Of a stretch of DNA of 64,000 nt, positions 1 through 25,027 are shown one piece after another (the first letter of the stretch is position 1; the number at the start of each line of letters is the position of its first letter). The notes under the pieces were generated by a model, which ran no database searches, was not told where the DNA came from, and worked only from the letters and a program-made list of their open reading frames with translations. Source of the DNA: Balanoglossus misakiensis (Eukaryota > Animalia > Hemichordata); contig CM082579.2 in assembly GCA_040954595.2 (NCBI GenBank), positions 7,243,625 to 7,307,624 of the forward strand, given 5' to 3'. The translations under genes were made by a program, and so were the position numbers.

Positions 1-3000
1 CGATATTGATTCCTTTAAGTTCATCAAATCAATGAATTGATTTGATTTTGTCTGTGTCTTCTTTCATGATTCCACAATCATGTCTCTCTTTTTTCTCTGT
101 GGTCTCCGGGTATCAGTACACAAAGGTGATGGACTCTCCCTGCCAATAATAGAGTAATTTTCTCGATGACTTTACCCTAAATGTAATTCTTTGCTGCTCT
201 GTGAAATGACTCACTGGACCCTTTCACCCCTTAACATAATGAAATGTACTGACCCATGACAGAAGATAAAGTAGGTGATTCCAAACGACTAATTTGCTAC
301 GTGACAAAGTTGTAAGGTGGCATCTTTCACTCCGGGAAATCAAGATGTTTGATAAAAAGTCTATCAATAGAAAAATTAATTTTGAGAGGTTGCAGTGGGA
401 CTGTTTCTATCTATCAAGAGCCATAACTTTTAAAGCTTTTTTTCTTGGCAATTAAGGCATATGAGAATCCAGTAGACAAAGTCTCAAATGTTTAAAATTT
501 AAACAAAAAATATTGCCTGTTTGATGAGCCAAAGCATGGCACATATTAGGGATAAAGTAACATTTATGTGTGAAAACCTTGAAATATGTTATACAAATTC
601 CTTTAGAAACAGATAATATACATTTTGTACCATAAATGGCAAATTGGAACAGATTATGAAATTTTGAAAAAATGACATTTTTAAATGGTACAAATCATGT
701 CTAAGCACTTGTATGTACAAATACACATACACACACACTGCATGTGTAAAAGAGTACATTTATTCATTCATTTTTCCGTTTACATGTATTCTAAAGACCT
801 CATCCTATTCCATGGTTCAGTTTGTTCCACACTATACATGTATGTTTATAGTGCATTTGCAATTCTGAAATGCAGGCCAGAATATTAATCTTTAAACCAC
901 AGCATGTATCTAAAGCACATTTTCTTGTCACCACTAATTTCATTTTGTCGATTCTATTCACCATTTCCTCCCCTTTCCCATTCTGCACTCTCCCCTCGTA
1001 ATTCAACATCCAACAGTGTCAACCATATCCCCTTTTGTAGTGTATCGACAACCCTTTTTGTCATGGTAATTGCCAGCCTCATTTCCTCAAACCTCTATTT
1101 TTTTTTCTATTTTCAAACTCCGTAATTACATGCATTATCTTATTTCCTGTTCTGAAAAAAAACTATGGTTCATGGGAAGTAAAGAGCATATTAATGTCTG
1201 TCATTTTTTTTTTGCTTGCGAGTTGTTACAGTACTTCTGAATTCTAACTGGCTGTGACCCTTGACCCCTGGGTCAGTCAGTTCAGCACATTATTTTTTGT
1301 TTGACAGTAATGTCAGTTTACATTTAGAAGTTTGATTTTTGAGTATGTATTTATTTAGCATGTATTTATTATTTTTGTCTGATTATAGTGTTGTGTGTGT
1401 CTATTTATGATTTGACAATTGTTCCTTTAATAATATTTAAATATTGCACAGTGGATCGTGGATGTAAATTTGTGCATTGCATGATAGTATATTATAATAA
1501 AATATTTTTTTTTTCATTTATTTTGCATGAGTTCTTGTATGTTTATTGTTTATTCTTTCCTCCAGTCATACCCATAATTCCCCCTAATGCATGATACCAT
1601 TATATAGTTACATGTTTATATCATTCTCACATTTCTTTCACATAGTTTTCTTCAAACAGTAGTGCAAAGTATTCTTGTTTATTTACCATCTCATGTCAAC
1701 ATTTTAGCTGCCTTAAATAGGTTTGTACTTCGTGCTAGGGGGTCAAATCACATTATAATAATTGCATTCTGGGTAAAAGGTCGACAACTCCGTAGTAAGA
1801 GATAGTATTTCATGACTTCCTTTGGTCAAACCCATCATCGTGCCCTCTCAGTCACAGACAAGGTGCCTCAATTATTCAAACAACAGGTGATAAAATTTCT
1901 ATCTCTGGTTTGTTAGGTTGAGGAGACTTTAAGAGCCCCTTATGTGTAACTCTGGAATATGTGTGTCTTGTAGTATCAGAATAGGTTGTATATTAGAACT
2001 CCTCTCAAATGGCATACACCTGAGCTAAGGCTTCTGCGTGTATCGAGCCTTCAGAGAGTTTGAACTGATCTTCTGCAGATGACGTCAGTCTCCATCAGCC
2101 TAGTCCTTCACGATTACTTTTTTTTTTACAATGCAGGGCTTCTTCAAATCTACTGTTGCAAATATCTCATTCTGGTGACCGTCATTTCAGAAAAAACAAC
2201 CCACGAAAAATCGAATAACGCTCTGTGTGTGGTATTAAGTGTATTACATAATTTGCTGCCGCCTAACCGTTGCCATGACAGTACCGTGTGCCGTGAGAAC
2301 TTTAATTAAAACGGTAAATTGCCATCCACGCATTGGTTTGACATTTGTGCCCAAGACGGCTATGTCTGATTGAATCAGTTGCCAAGGCAACAGGTGAACC
2401 TCTTGAGGGTTGGTACATGTCTCTGTGTAACATGAATCCAGTTGGCAGACTGTTCCATATTCTGTTTGACCCGCCTGGGGTTACGTCTTCTCATTCAGAA
2501 TCTTCATTATTTCATTAACTGCCAAGAGTGGTCTGGGAAGCCAATACTTGACGAGTAACTTAGCAATGCGCAGTGGCTGTATTTGACAGTCCTAAGCTGG
2601 ACAAGAATTCTCCCCGTATAGTCGATCCATTATACATCAATTATTTGCTATGTATTGGCAAGACTCCTCAATTACTCATACTCCAAGGAGACCGGTTTCC
2701 AAGCTTGTCTTAATATACAGACTTGTCATTGACTGGCTTGTGTGTTTCCAACAAGGTTATAAGAACAGACAAGATGGCGGTGACCGTATAGTCTGTGTCG
2801 AAGATCGGGAAAAGACAGCAAATTGGGTGAAAAGAAGGGGCAACACTAAAGTCTACTTTATACGGTGCGCAAGAAATATGAAATGAAGCAAAGGCAGTCC
2901 ATTATTTGAATGCGTCAAACGCAAAATTTGCAGAACATTTTGATTGGACATAATATTTGTACACATGAAATTACACACATGCGCAAAAGATGATCGTCAG

Positions 3001-6000
3001 CCTTTAAACAGGTGTAGATCATGACACAATGCACCACAATGTGACCGGTGTACCCCAACTGTGTTTCCCACCATTGAAAACATAAAGCCCAATTCCACAG
3101 CATATAACCACAGGAAATTTATGCAAATTGTTTCTGTGTGTTAATTATGAGGGTTCAACACGGTTTCACCTGACCAATTTCCCCCACTGTAATTCTTGTT
3201 AATGATTAGTTTGTAAGAATCAGTCAAACTAATGAATATAAATGAAACTCGGTAATTTGTTGCTTTTTCAGAGGGCAATATTGAAAGGGAAATTAACAAA
3301 ATTTCAGCTTTTTTTTGTTGGAAATGAGTGAGTCACCACGACTGTTGTCGAACAATTCTTTTAATTTATAAACCCTTTTCAAAATTCCCCCGAATCTGGG
3401 ATTTATTCTTCATTTCGACAAAGTACTCCACAAGATTTATTGTATGAATTTAGTCATCTAGTCTGGCCATGCAGAAAATAAGTCATTGTTCTCTGAAGGC
3501 AGCTGACTTGAATAATTTCTATGGACATGTCCTGAGACGATGGTTATGATACGGATTAATTTCCTGATGCCAGGTGATGTGATTTGAGTCTCTAGTTTTA
3601 TGACATTCAAATTGAACTTTGTTGTGATGGTGAAATTACAGGAGTAATTTTTTCATCTTAGATCCCATGGATCCGGCCCCGAAGCAGACTTCCAGAATTT
3701 TGTACATAAATTACCTCCTGCACTTGACAGACCGTCTGATATCTCCAGGAATAAGCATCAATTGGTCACATCTGTGATAAGAGTGACTCAGCCTTTGAAG
3801 TATTGAGCAAACACAGTTTTCGAAGGCAGAAATTGTGAAAAGATTGTGTCAAAAAGCAGAAAAATTAATGAGATGTCCTGTCAATCAATGTGCCCTCTAA
3901 GCCCATATGACGCGCCACTGACTCAACAAACTCACTGGTGACTCAAGAAAATGTTCCACGCTACATGCAAAGGTATAGGGCTGACTCAGAGAATTTTTTA
4001 GAAATCCTCTAATTGACTCAAAGCTTTTCAAAATGATGTTTGTTCGAGGGCACACTGGCGGCCATGTTACACCGTGCAGTGTTTCAGTATTCGTGTACGT
4101 GACTGACACATTAATTGGCAAATTAAGCATAATGTCAAATTTTTATGCTTGAGATTTGCTTTTACGTTCATTAATCGGTGCAAGAAAGCTGACAGTTCAG
4201 TGCTCTGTGTGCACTGGTCCCATCAAATAGAGAATGACTCATCCTTTGAAGAAGAAAAAAAAACGTGCCAACTTCAAACAGTCTGAGAGAACACCAGTAT
4301 ATGTCGTCTGGGTCTGTGTTGTTTCAGCTTTTCTCGTGAACTGTAGTCTGTTAGACACATTGATCCAGGAGGAAAGTGTTTCTAGAATGTTTCCCTTTGT
4401 ATTCTACGCTGATCTATAAAGTATTGTAAATGCTTGAATCGGTAAACTTGATTCCAAGTGACAGATGTTGAATTCAGATCAATATGTTGCCACCCCTGAT
4501 GTACAGTCTAGGGTGGCATATCGTCAGGACAACGGGTCTGCATTGCTGTGTCTATATTCATGCCCTGCATCACGTTGACCTTTTACAGCTCGTCAATTTC
4601 ATACTTTCATATTTGAGCCTATTACGATGCGAGTTACCTGCGATGTCGGGATCACGGAATCGATTGAAATCAAAGGGTCCCATGAAAATGTCAAAGGTGG
4701 ACTCTGATTTTTTGGGGTTTCACCTCGGTTGCCATAGGAACCATGTTTGGCAATTTAGATGCGCAGAAGATACAGTAAAGTTGCAAGCTAAAGTTACAGT
4801 TGGGAAAACAGGGAGATAGTTGATGACTTAAAGTGCTTTTAGGCAGAGTTTCAACTTGTGACAGGAATGCATAATACATGTACACGGTATCGAAATAATT
4901 CATTAGATCTGTTGCATGTATATTCCGAACAACATGAGTGACAGTATCACAGATTGTATATAGTTGGCTGTTCAGTGGTGAATTAATTGTAACATTTTCT
5001 TAATGGTTTTCCTGAATTATTTCTACCGTAATGACAAAATCAGACTATACAATCGGACATTACATATTTCAAGTGAATTTTTTATAATCTGAAAATTTGT
5101 TATCAAATTCCATCGAAGACATACACATTATTCATCATATATATTTTGAAGTACTGAGGGATAAAGTATAAAATGATATTTGTGTAATTTTGGAAGATAA
5201 AGATGTGCCACTCAGAGAGGAAAATTATATTGATATCATGAGCCTAATTCATATCCTTGAGAATATCAGAATTGGTCTATGACACAGTACGCTATATAAC
5301 CAAGATTACCTTGAGGGTACGACACAGTTCATTGCCCTAGCATATCACGTTCTAGAAGTTCACTTCTAATATTCAATGCATAACACGATTATCCGAAGTA
5401 CATTTCCAGGAACAATTCCCCAGAGAGCCGAAGTAATGGTCAAAGCGCATGCAGCATTCCTGTGGTTAGTTTTGAGTGACTGCTAATTAGGTTTTCCAAT
5501 GTAGGTGTCATTAACCACGTCGTTCAGTGTGGCAACACTGTCATCATCCAGGTGGGGGTTTTCAATACCTGTCTAGGGGGACTCGCGGTGGATATTTCTG
5601 TGTAATGACGTGTTACAATTTGACTGATCTTGAACTCTGAGAGTTATATGGTACTCTCAATATGTTGATCCGGTGTCATTAATTTGGTGTTTTAATTGAT
5701 GCAGGGGTGTTGTGATGAGTTTATTTCTTCCTGGCATTTGTGAATCATAGATTGCTTGGTCATCACTTTGCGCAGAAATTCAAAATTGTTTTTCTTGTGT
5801 CAATTTCATTTGTGGATTTGAAATAAGAAAAAAACATTGTGGATTTCTTGAAGACAAATTATGTGTATGTGGTATGCTTTCCTTGAACCCTGTGATTGGC
5901 CAGGTGATACTAGGTCATGTTTCAATTAATGATTCCTGAATTAATACAGGTGTCAGGTTATATATTATATATGTCAGTCTACATTACATTTGGAACAAAG

Positions 6001-7501
6001 ATATTCCTGCCATTAAACTTGGACACCTTGTATGAAAGAGGACTTCACATAAAGATATGACAATTAAGCAACTATTTACATCTTCAGAACTGTCTCATTA
6101 TCAACAATCCATTGATAATATCATTGCGTACATGTACTAGTTTCAGGTAGTTAATTTCCTTTCATGTGTATGTTTCTGCATGGGAATTTCAAAAGGCCCT
6201 GTTTAAACCCAACAAACACCTGGATAAGTGATGAAAGAAATCAGATGATATGATAGACACCTATTGTCAGGTTCAGCATTGTCCATTTCAAAGCAGTCGC
6301 TCAAAGCTTTTGAAGTCAGTGTGTGAGTAATCAAATTTGTCCGTGAAAGCCGATTATAGGAAAGAGCTGACGTATCTCAAGTGAACTCAAAATGTAAGGA
6401 AAGAATGTTCTTATAAATAGCAAACGGATTTTCTCGCCAGAGTTTTTGGGGGTCTATAAAGCCAATTATTGACTGTGGGTTTCTATACACACCTATACAG
6501 CCCTTATTGAGTGTTTTGTTCACTATTGTCCACCGTTATTGACCAGCTTATTTTATCGTTTGATCTGTTCACCTGCGGTAAAAGGTGCTTTTTGTGTGTT
6601 TACGTTGTGTTCTACATTAATTGCTTCTCAGAGTATTAAACCCAGATATAGAATGAAGTCAATTATGTTTCCTGAACTGCTGAGTGATAATCAAAATTAA
6701 TGGCTTGGCTCTGGGCTGTTGTACTGAAAACTGGAGTGAGTGATTTCACAGTGGTTTATAATGTTGTCTTATTTTAGATTCATTCAATCTTGCTGAAAAG
6801 CAAACACTGTTATATATCCTGTAGGTTGGTTTGTGATGACTAAAAATCATTTCACTCATTGTACCGTCTTCTTTCCAAGACATTGAAATTTTACTCTGTC
6901 AGTTTCTGATGTATTGCAAACTTCTACTACTGAAAGCAGAGTGAAGAAGGTTAATTGAGAAACTGACAAATTACACTCACTGATGTCGAGCGATAAGAGC
7001 TGATCTAGTTCTTGTAAGGTTAATAAATTGACATCTCTTTCCAGTGATTCAGGATCAGAGCGATTAATAAATGAGCTGTCTGAATCAACAGATAGAGTGG
7101 TTCAGATCATGGAGTAATTGTAGATAGTGTGCCCCACAAATTGACGTTTATCCAGCAAATCTACTTGAGAAAAACTGTATGCAAAGCAGGAGTGAAACTG
7201 ACAAATTGAGAGTGAAATGTACGAGTTTCTTGATTATTTCTTGATGCAAACTCGTTGCTGTCAGCGTCTCGTTCAGATCTGCTGATGTGGGAAGTGTGAG
7301 TCATTCTTTCACCGGGGAATTATAAGGCAAGAGTGAGAGAGGCGCTATCAGGCCACACAATCTGGGTCACATCAGGTCACAGAATCTTGCTGATGTCACT
7401 ATATCACACACTGATGTCAGATCTAAAGAGACTGTGGATCACATGCTATAAAACGGGAAATATTCGCAAATGATCAATTGTTATTTTCAATCAAATTTCA
7501 G

Positions 7502-12003
<4,502 letters not shown>

Positions 12004-15000
12004 ACGAAAACTTACAGAAAAAACAACAATCAAGTCATGGCCTTATGAATATTCATGTTATATGTAACCATAGTTACAGAATAGATTAGATATCATGGTA
12101 TAGAGTACTTGTAGATTATTCAGATTATTAGCTGATGAAGCAAAATTTAAAAAAGTCAGCATGTAGTTGATTAGATCAGAAAAAAAATAACATTTTCGAA
12201 AACAAAACAACTTTATGAAACAATGTTCGTAAAACTGTGCAAGAGAAGTACTTTGTGGCGATGTGCAATTTCAAAATAGATCATTTAATATATATCTCCT
12301 ATATCGACCTATATATTGTATTTTGGAGGCCTTTCCAGTTTTTCCTTTACCTTTTATTTTACATTTTGAATTCAATTTTGCTAATAATTTGACCAAAGAA
12401 TTTGATGTTTTTCCCCAAGTGTCTTGAATGTTGGTGTTTTGCTAAAAGCAGGGATAAAACTCGAAAAAATAACCCAGTTAACCAAAAAGACAAGATTGCT
12501 ATCATTAATACAGGAGATTATCAAAGTTGGTGTTATTGTTGTGTTTAGAAGATAGAGGTTGGTGTTATGATTACATGAAAGGGACTTTTAAAATTACAAA
12601 GGTTTTCCATACATTTCCAGTCATCTGAACCGAGCTTTAAAGAAAAGTTTAAAATAGAAATCGTTTTTCGTATTTCACTTTTATTTATTCTCAAAGCACA
12701 AAACTTCATACAAAGTTTTCATGAAAGATTACAAAGAATACCAGTTCTCACTGCCAATGATAAAATTCCAACTTTTTTTCTTCATTTTCGCATATTTGTA
12801 GTAACAAATGTCTTTATGCAAGTGTTCTTATTCAAACATCAATCACAGGAAACAGTCTATTTTTGTTGCAAACATGAACAGGAACAGATGCCTGTTTTGT
12901 AAAAAATCTTCATGTTTAAACTGTGGCTGAAGTGAAAATTGTCATTTGCTAGATTCCACATTGCAAATGCTGTCTGGAACTTGGCCTCAGAATTCGCAGT
13001 GGTTCATCAGTGCAAAATGTGCTTCATTGAGAAATGTCAATGTTTGCCTTGTGAAAAAAAAATCAAAGTCTTTCAGTGAATTGTAAGCTGTCTGCGCGTA
13101 CAGTTTACAAGTAAGCATGACCGAACTGTTTTTCTCAAATGCATGATTTAAATATAAGAAGTACACATGTAACCATGTTGCTGATTTGCTGATCTGTACG
13201 TGTACCTGTAATGTAGGGGCTCTTGCAGCCAATGACAACGTGTCTTTGTTGTGTCATATTGCAGGTGTATTCAATTTTGATAAGGTGTCATTTGACAAAC
13301 CTTCAGCTTTGCCTGGCTGATTTACACAAAGACATGAGAAAAAAAGTGTACTAGATCTATTCTGCGGACCAAATCACATTTGTGATGACAAAATCTGTTC
13401 ATTGGTTTAATGATCACTTGACGAAGGTCAGGGTTGTTATTTAAATTACATGATCTGCTCTGAACATGCCAATCATCTCACCTGATATGGACAACAGACC
13501 AAATATGGGCTGCAGACCAAATATGGACTACTGACCCAATATGAATAGGACAAATGCAATACCTGTTATTAGTTGATGCTGACATGCTGAAGAATTTCTC
13601 TCTCTATTTACTTACAATCACTGCTTACAATAGCTTTTTTTCCACAAGCAGTCAGTGAGATTAATATGTTTTACGTATTTCAAACAAGTGCAATATCTGT
13701 TATATCTTTACAATGTTATTGAGATCATCGTGTGTAGTGCAGACTGTACAGCCATTTATTTCCATGACAACCATGAAATATTATAGTCTACCCCTTTGAA
13801 ATTTACACTCACACAACGCAGACACAAATACACATTACACCCCCCCCACACACACACAGACATATACCAGTACACATATACACACATGCAAACACCCTCT
13901 CACTAAAAAAACTCCATTTCTGTCAGGTTAAAAATTGATATCTAGTTCTCATCTGAAAATTATTCAGTTTCAGATTCTTAGCTTCTTTCCTCAAATCAAG
14001 TTATTACTTTTAATATAAACCCAGCATTTTAGTGATTGATACTAAAAAGTGAAAAGTTAGGGATGGGTGAGCTTGCTGACTTTCTAGTTGTACATGTAGT
14101 ACGTCCTCTGATAAGGACTCTCACTATAGTCTACCTCAAGTTACTTTCTATATTCCAGGGTTTTCAAGGTGTTCAAAGTCTCATATCCATGGTCCAGTAA
14201 TTTTCTATGTGAATGATTGAATCATTATGAGCTGCCAAACCATAATTCCATGGCCCAGAGCGAGACAGTCGTAACTGCTGTGTTAAAGCATGGGAAATAC
14301 AGTTGTCTTGCACCGGGGATGGGCCATTGAATTATTGGTGCTGTATGAGAAAACTATGTAACGTTGAAGATTGGACACTGAGGGCGCTCATACTTATGTA
14401 TTATCCAACAGATTGAAGTAAAGTAAATTATTGGCCCAAGATTTGGGACTAAAAGTGACAGAGATATAGTAACTCATGTTGACTGAAAAGTCAAGGTAAC
14501 CATGGGTAACTGTACCATTGTTGGTGAGCACTCTTGTACAGATTCTCGGGCACAGCTGTCATTCTTTGCTGCCTATGAATTTTGTGAAAACCCTGGGTAC
14601 TTCCACATTTCAGAAGTGGGAAAATGTGCCAAAGTTTGTTGTTTTAACAAACCAAAGTTGAAGACATTTTGTTGGATACTTTCGATTGGGGAAAAAAATC
14701 AGCAGTCCAGTATAAAATTATCATTAGGTTTCAAACTGAATGAAAAAAAAGAATGCAAGAGTTGGTGATTGGTGTGTCCTTGGAGAAATGAAGTTCAGTT
14801 GGGTGAAATGTTGCATTTTCGTACCAAACCGCACTTCGTTCGCACAAGAACTTCCAAAACTGGCCACTGCATGTGTTCCAATCTCTAGCCTAATTTATAC
14901 AAGAATCACTCATTTTAGTTCACAGGTGCAAATTTAATTTTGAATCCATCATGTTGCTGGTCAGATTCACGTGGGTTAGATTTTAAGGAAATATACAAGA

Positions 15001-16787
15001 TGTTACTTGTAGGTTTGAGGGACGGGATAGCGTAGGCAGTTTCTGATGCCAAAGAGAGGGCATTCAATTATTTTCATGATTTCGGACCAAAGATGATGTG
15101 CAATTTACTGGTGAACCGAATGAACCATAACTATGTGCAATAGGAATATAACATGGCTGTACAGTCTACATCCATTGATCCACTGTGTCTCATAACAGCT
15201 TCTAAAACTTTCCACTTTCTGGTGTCATTTTAAGATTTCCGACTGATCACGATGCATCAAAACCGCAAACTCTGCCAATGCTTTTGTATGCGTGTTCCGT
15301 GTCTCTGTGTAACGCTTCTGAAATAAGCATAGCTAAGTAGAAAAAAAAACGACATACAGTCTGGTTGCCGTGGTGACAAGTGGGCTTTTCTGTGTGTGAA
15401 TCCTATGTATCACCAATAAATCAAGGTTAAATAATGTCAGTGTGTTGTAGATTATTGTTACTATCAAGACAAACTTCACAGAAACCACATGTATTTGTTG
15501 ATGGATGTTTCTTCATACAGACGGATAGAATACATGATGCTAGAACCACAGTTACCTAGAATTGAAGAATAAGTTTTTAAAAAATTTCCTGTACACATAC
15601 AAATTAATGCCATCTCCTAATATGGGTCATCTTTCCGTTAGCCACATACGACTTCCATGTGGATGATAGCATCATGGCCAAAAACACATCACCAAGCACT
15701 CACCCATGGACACATAGACACATACAAACACTACTAATTCACAAAGAACCAAAGTTTTATTCCAGGATTTCAATACCTTGTATGGATAATTTGAAGCCCT
15801 ATTTGTATTGGATACAAAAAAAATTACGATGGAATCAAAGCGCTTGAAACAATTTCAGTGATTGGCATCTTCAGGGTGCCAAATAGTTGTAGTACATGTA
15901 TAGTAGCTGTAACTTTTGGTAAAATTTTGCTTTGTTGATGGTAACTTGCATTAGTTACTTCATCCAAGTTTGAAACAACACAAATGTCAGGAGATAATGT
16001 TATTTCGATAAAGAATCCTAATGAAAGAGATGTAATGATCGGAAGCACAAAATGTATAAATTGCAAAAATCTAAATATGTACAAATATAAACTGTGCACT
16101 TAAAAAAGCCATGGATTTTGTGCACAAGCCAGATATCCAAAAGCCAGATATTCCAAAACCCTTTTGGCCAACAAAATAGATTTGCCCCATGAAATAGGAT
16201 ATCAGAAGTTACGTCCTTAAAAAAACGACAAAAACAGAAAGAAAACATGCCAAAAGTTACAGCCACTACTAAACATTAATAACTAGTTAGACCTTATCCT
16301 ATTTAATAGAACATAGCAGAGAAATAGAGACAGATGTTTAATCACAAGTTTTAAATATAAACCATCTGGGGCAAATATACAGAGAGGATTGCAACCAGGG
16401 TCAGTCTGCAATAGTTACTGCAACCAGCAGAACAACAATGTGAAGTATTTCCTGGTTCACTGGTCTGCCCCTGAAACTGCATAAATTTGCATAAATTAAT
16501 CAAAGTGTTCTGTTGTATGCAGAGCATAGGATATGTTAAAGTGATAATTTTGTTAATTCAATCAAACAATTACAGTTCTCTCTAGCTAAACATAGCAATG
16601 GCTCCGACTGGTGTTTCAAATTTGTGACAATGCTAAGACGATTGAAAACTCTTGCTCTCCCCCCCCCCCCCCAAAGTATACAGAACTAACCCTGAATGGC
16701 TTTTGCTCCTACCGGTACTTATACCCTAAACAACAACTGAGTTTATTTCTTTTAAGTATTTTTTTGGTTTCGACATATAACATCCCG

Positions 16788-23838
<7,051 letters not shown>

Positions 23839-24064
23839 TGCAGTATGATTCGTTTCCTTCGCTGCTAATGTACACTAGGGTCCTCTCACTATCACCGTGT
23901 ACACTTTGCATGCAATGCGGAACGATCCAGAACGCTACAACTAGGGAGTGGCCATTTTGTACTTAGGGGGTTATAGTAACGCGACCATCGTAGAATTTCG
24001 TCACAATGAAATGAATACCATTTCCCTTTTGCAAACAGTATTCTGAAGCCATGTTCACGTTATA

Positions 24065-24151
24065 TTTATGTTGTTAATGTGTTCTTTATAAATTTGAACG
24101 TTATTTATAGATAACATTTTATATTTATAAACAACACATTAACAACATAAA
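24065..24151. repeat. AT-rich inverted repeat (~87-bp fold-back) between ST13 and XPNPEP3
   Basis: Arms tttatgttgttaatgtgttctttataaat and atttataaacaacacattaacaacataaa are reverse complements with 1 mismatch; inner near-palindrome gttatttatagataac. Confidence 0.8.
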
Positions 24152-25027
24152 ATGAAAGTACTAGTAGCTAACAAGCTGCAAATATTAAAATATATATTAA
24201 ACAGTGAGATTTCTGGAAAACAATTTATTATGTACAGAGATCTCTCTTATCAGCAGCTATCAGTTTCACTGGTGACGTAATAAATTGGCTTCCAGACATT
24301 TCTGTTTGATGTGTTGTTTGTGCCAACAAGTCAATTAATGTTTACAATTACCTTGGTTAATTTAGGAACATATTAACGAAACTATTCTTATAAGTAATCA
24401 ATATATTGAAATGTATTGTCTTAAGAAATCTTGCTAAATTCTAAGTAAATGGTTAATCATAGGCTAAAGCATAATATGCAGCGTCCGATCCCACCCATTT
24501 AAAATATGGACACTCCCTTTCGAAAATGGCTTCCAGGTCACATGATCCAACCAAGGGGATTCCCTCAAATCACAGTTCCAGAGATAGGCATTAAAATATT
24601 TGTCTTTTCCAAAGCAAATCTAATTTCGAATGTGATGTTAACTTTTATGTTGATATCAAAATATTTCATGTCCACTAATTCGTCATTGCGTTTATATTTA
24701 ATCGGATTGATGACATATGTGTCATGAGGGCGCACTTTGAAATATGAAATGTGCAGATGAGAAGAGATATGGAAAACAAACGCAGGTGAATGAAAACTAA
24801 CTCTGTCTGTGATTGGCTTCGGTTGCCAGTAATATTTACACATGACTTGGACCCCAGTCACAGTTGTAAACTGCTCGAACGATGGTCTTTAACTGTGTAA
24901 GTCAGTGAAGGATCCGATCGGAACAGTGTTTTACAAGTATACATTGTGAACCGCTACACGTGCAATCAGATTCAGATACCGAACGCGGAATAGTAGACTG
25001 GTCGTGAACACTGGAGTTATCCGAAGA

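Noticed and set aside
13495-13548. Three ~18-bp tandem copies (cagaccaaatatgg) in the presumed DCLK 3'UTR; similar micro-duplications near 28261, 38624 and 50720
   Set aside because: Ordinary slippage duplications with no evidence of function.
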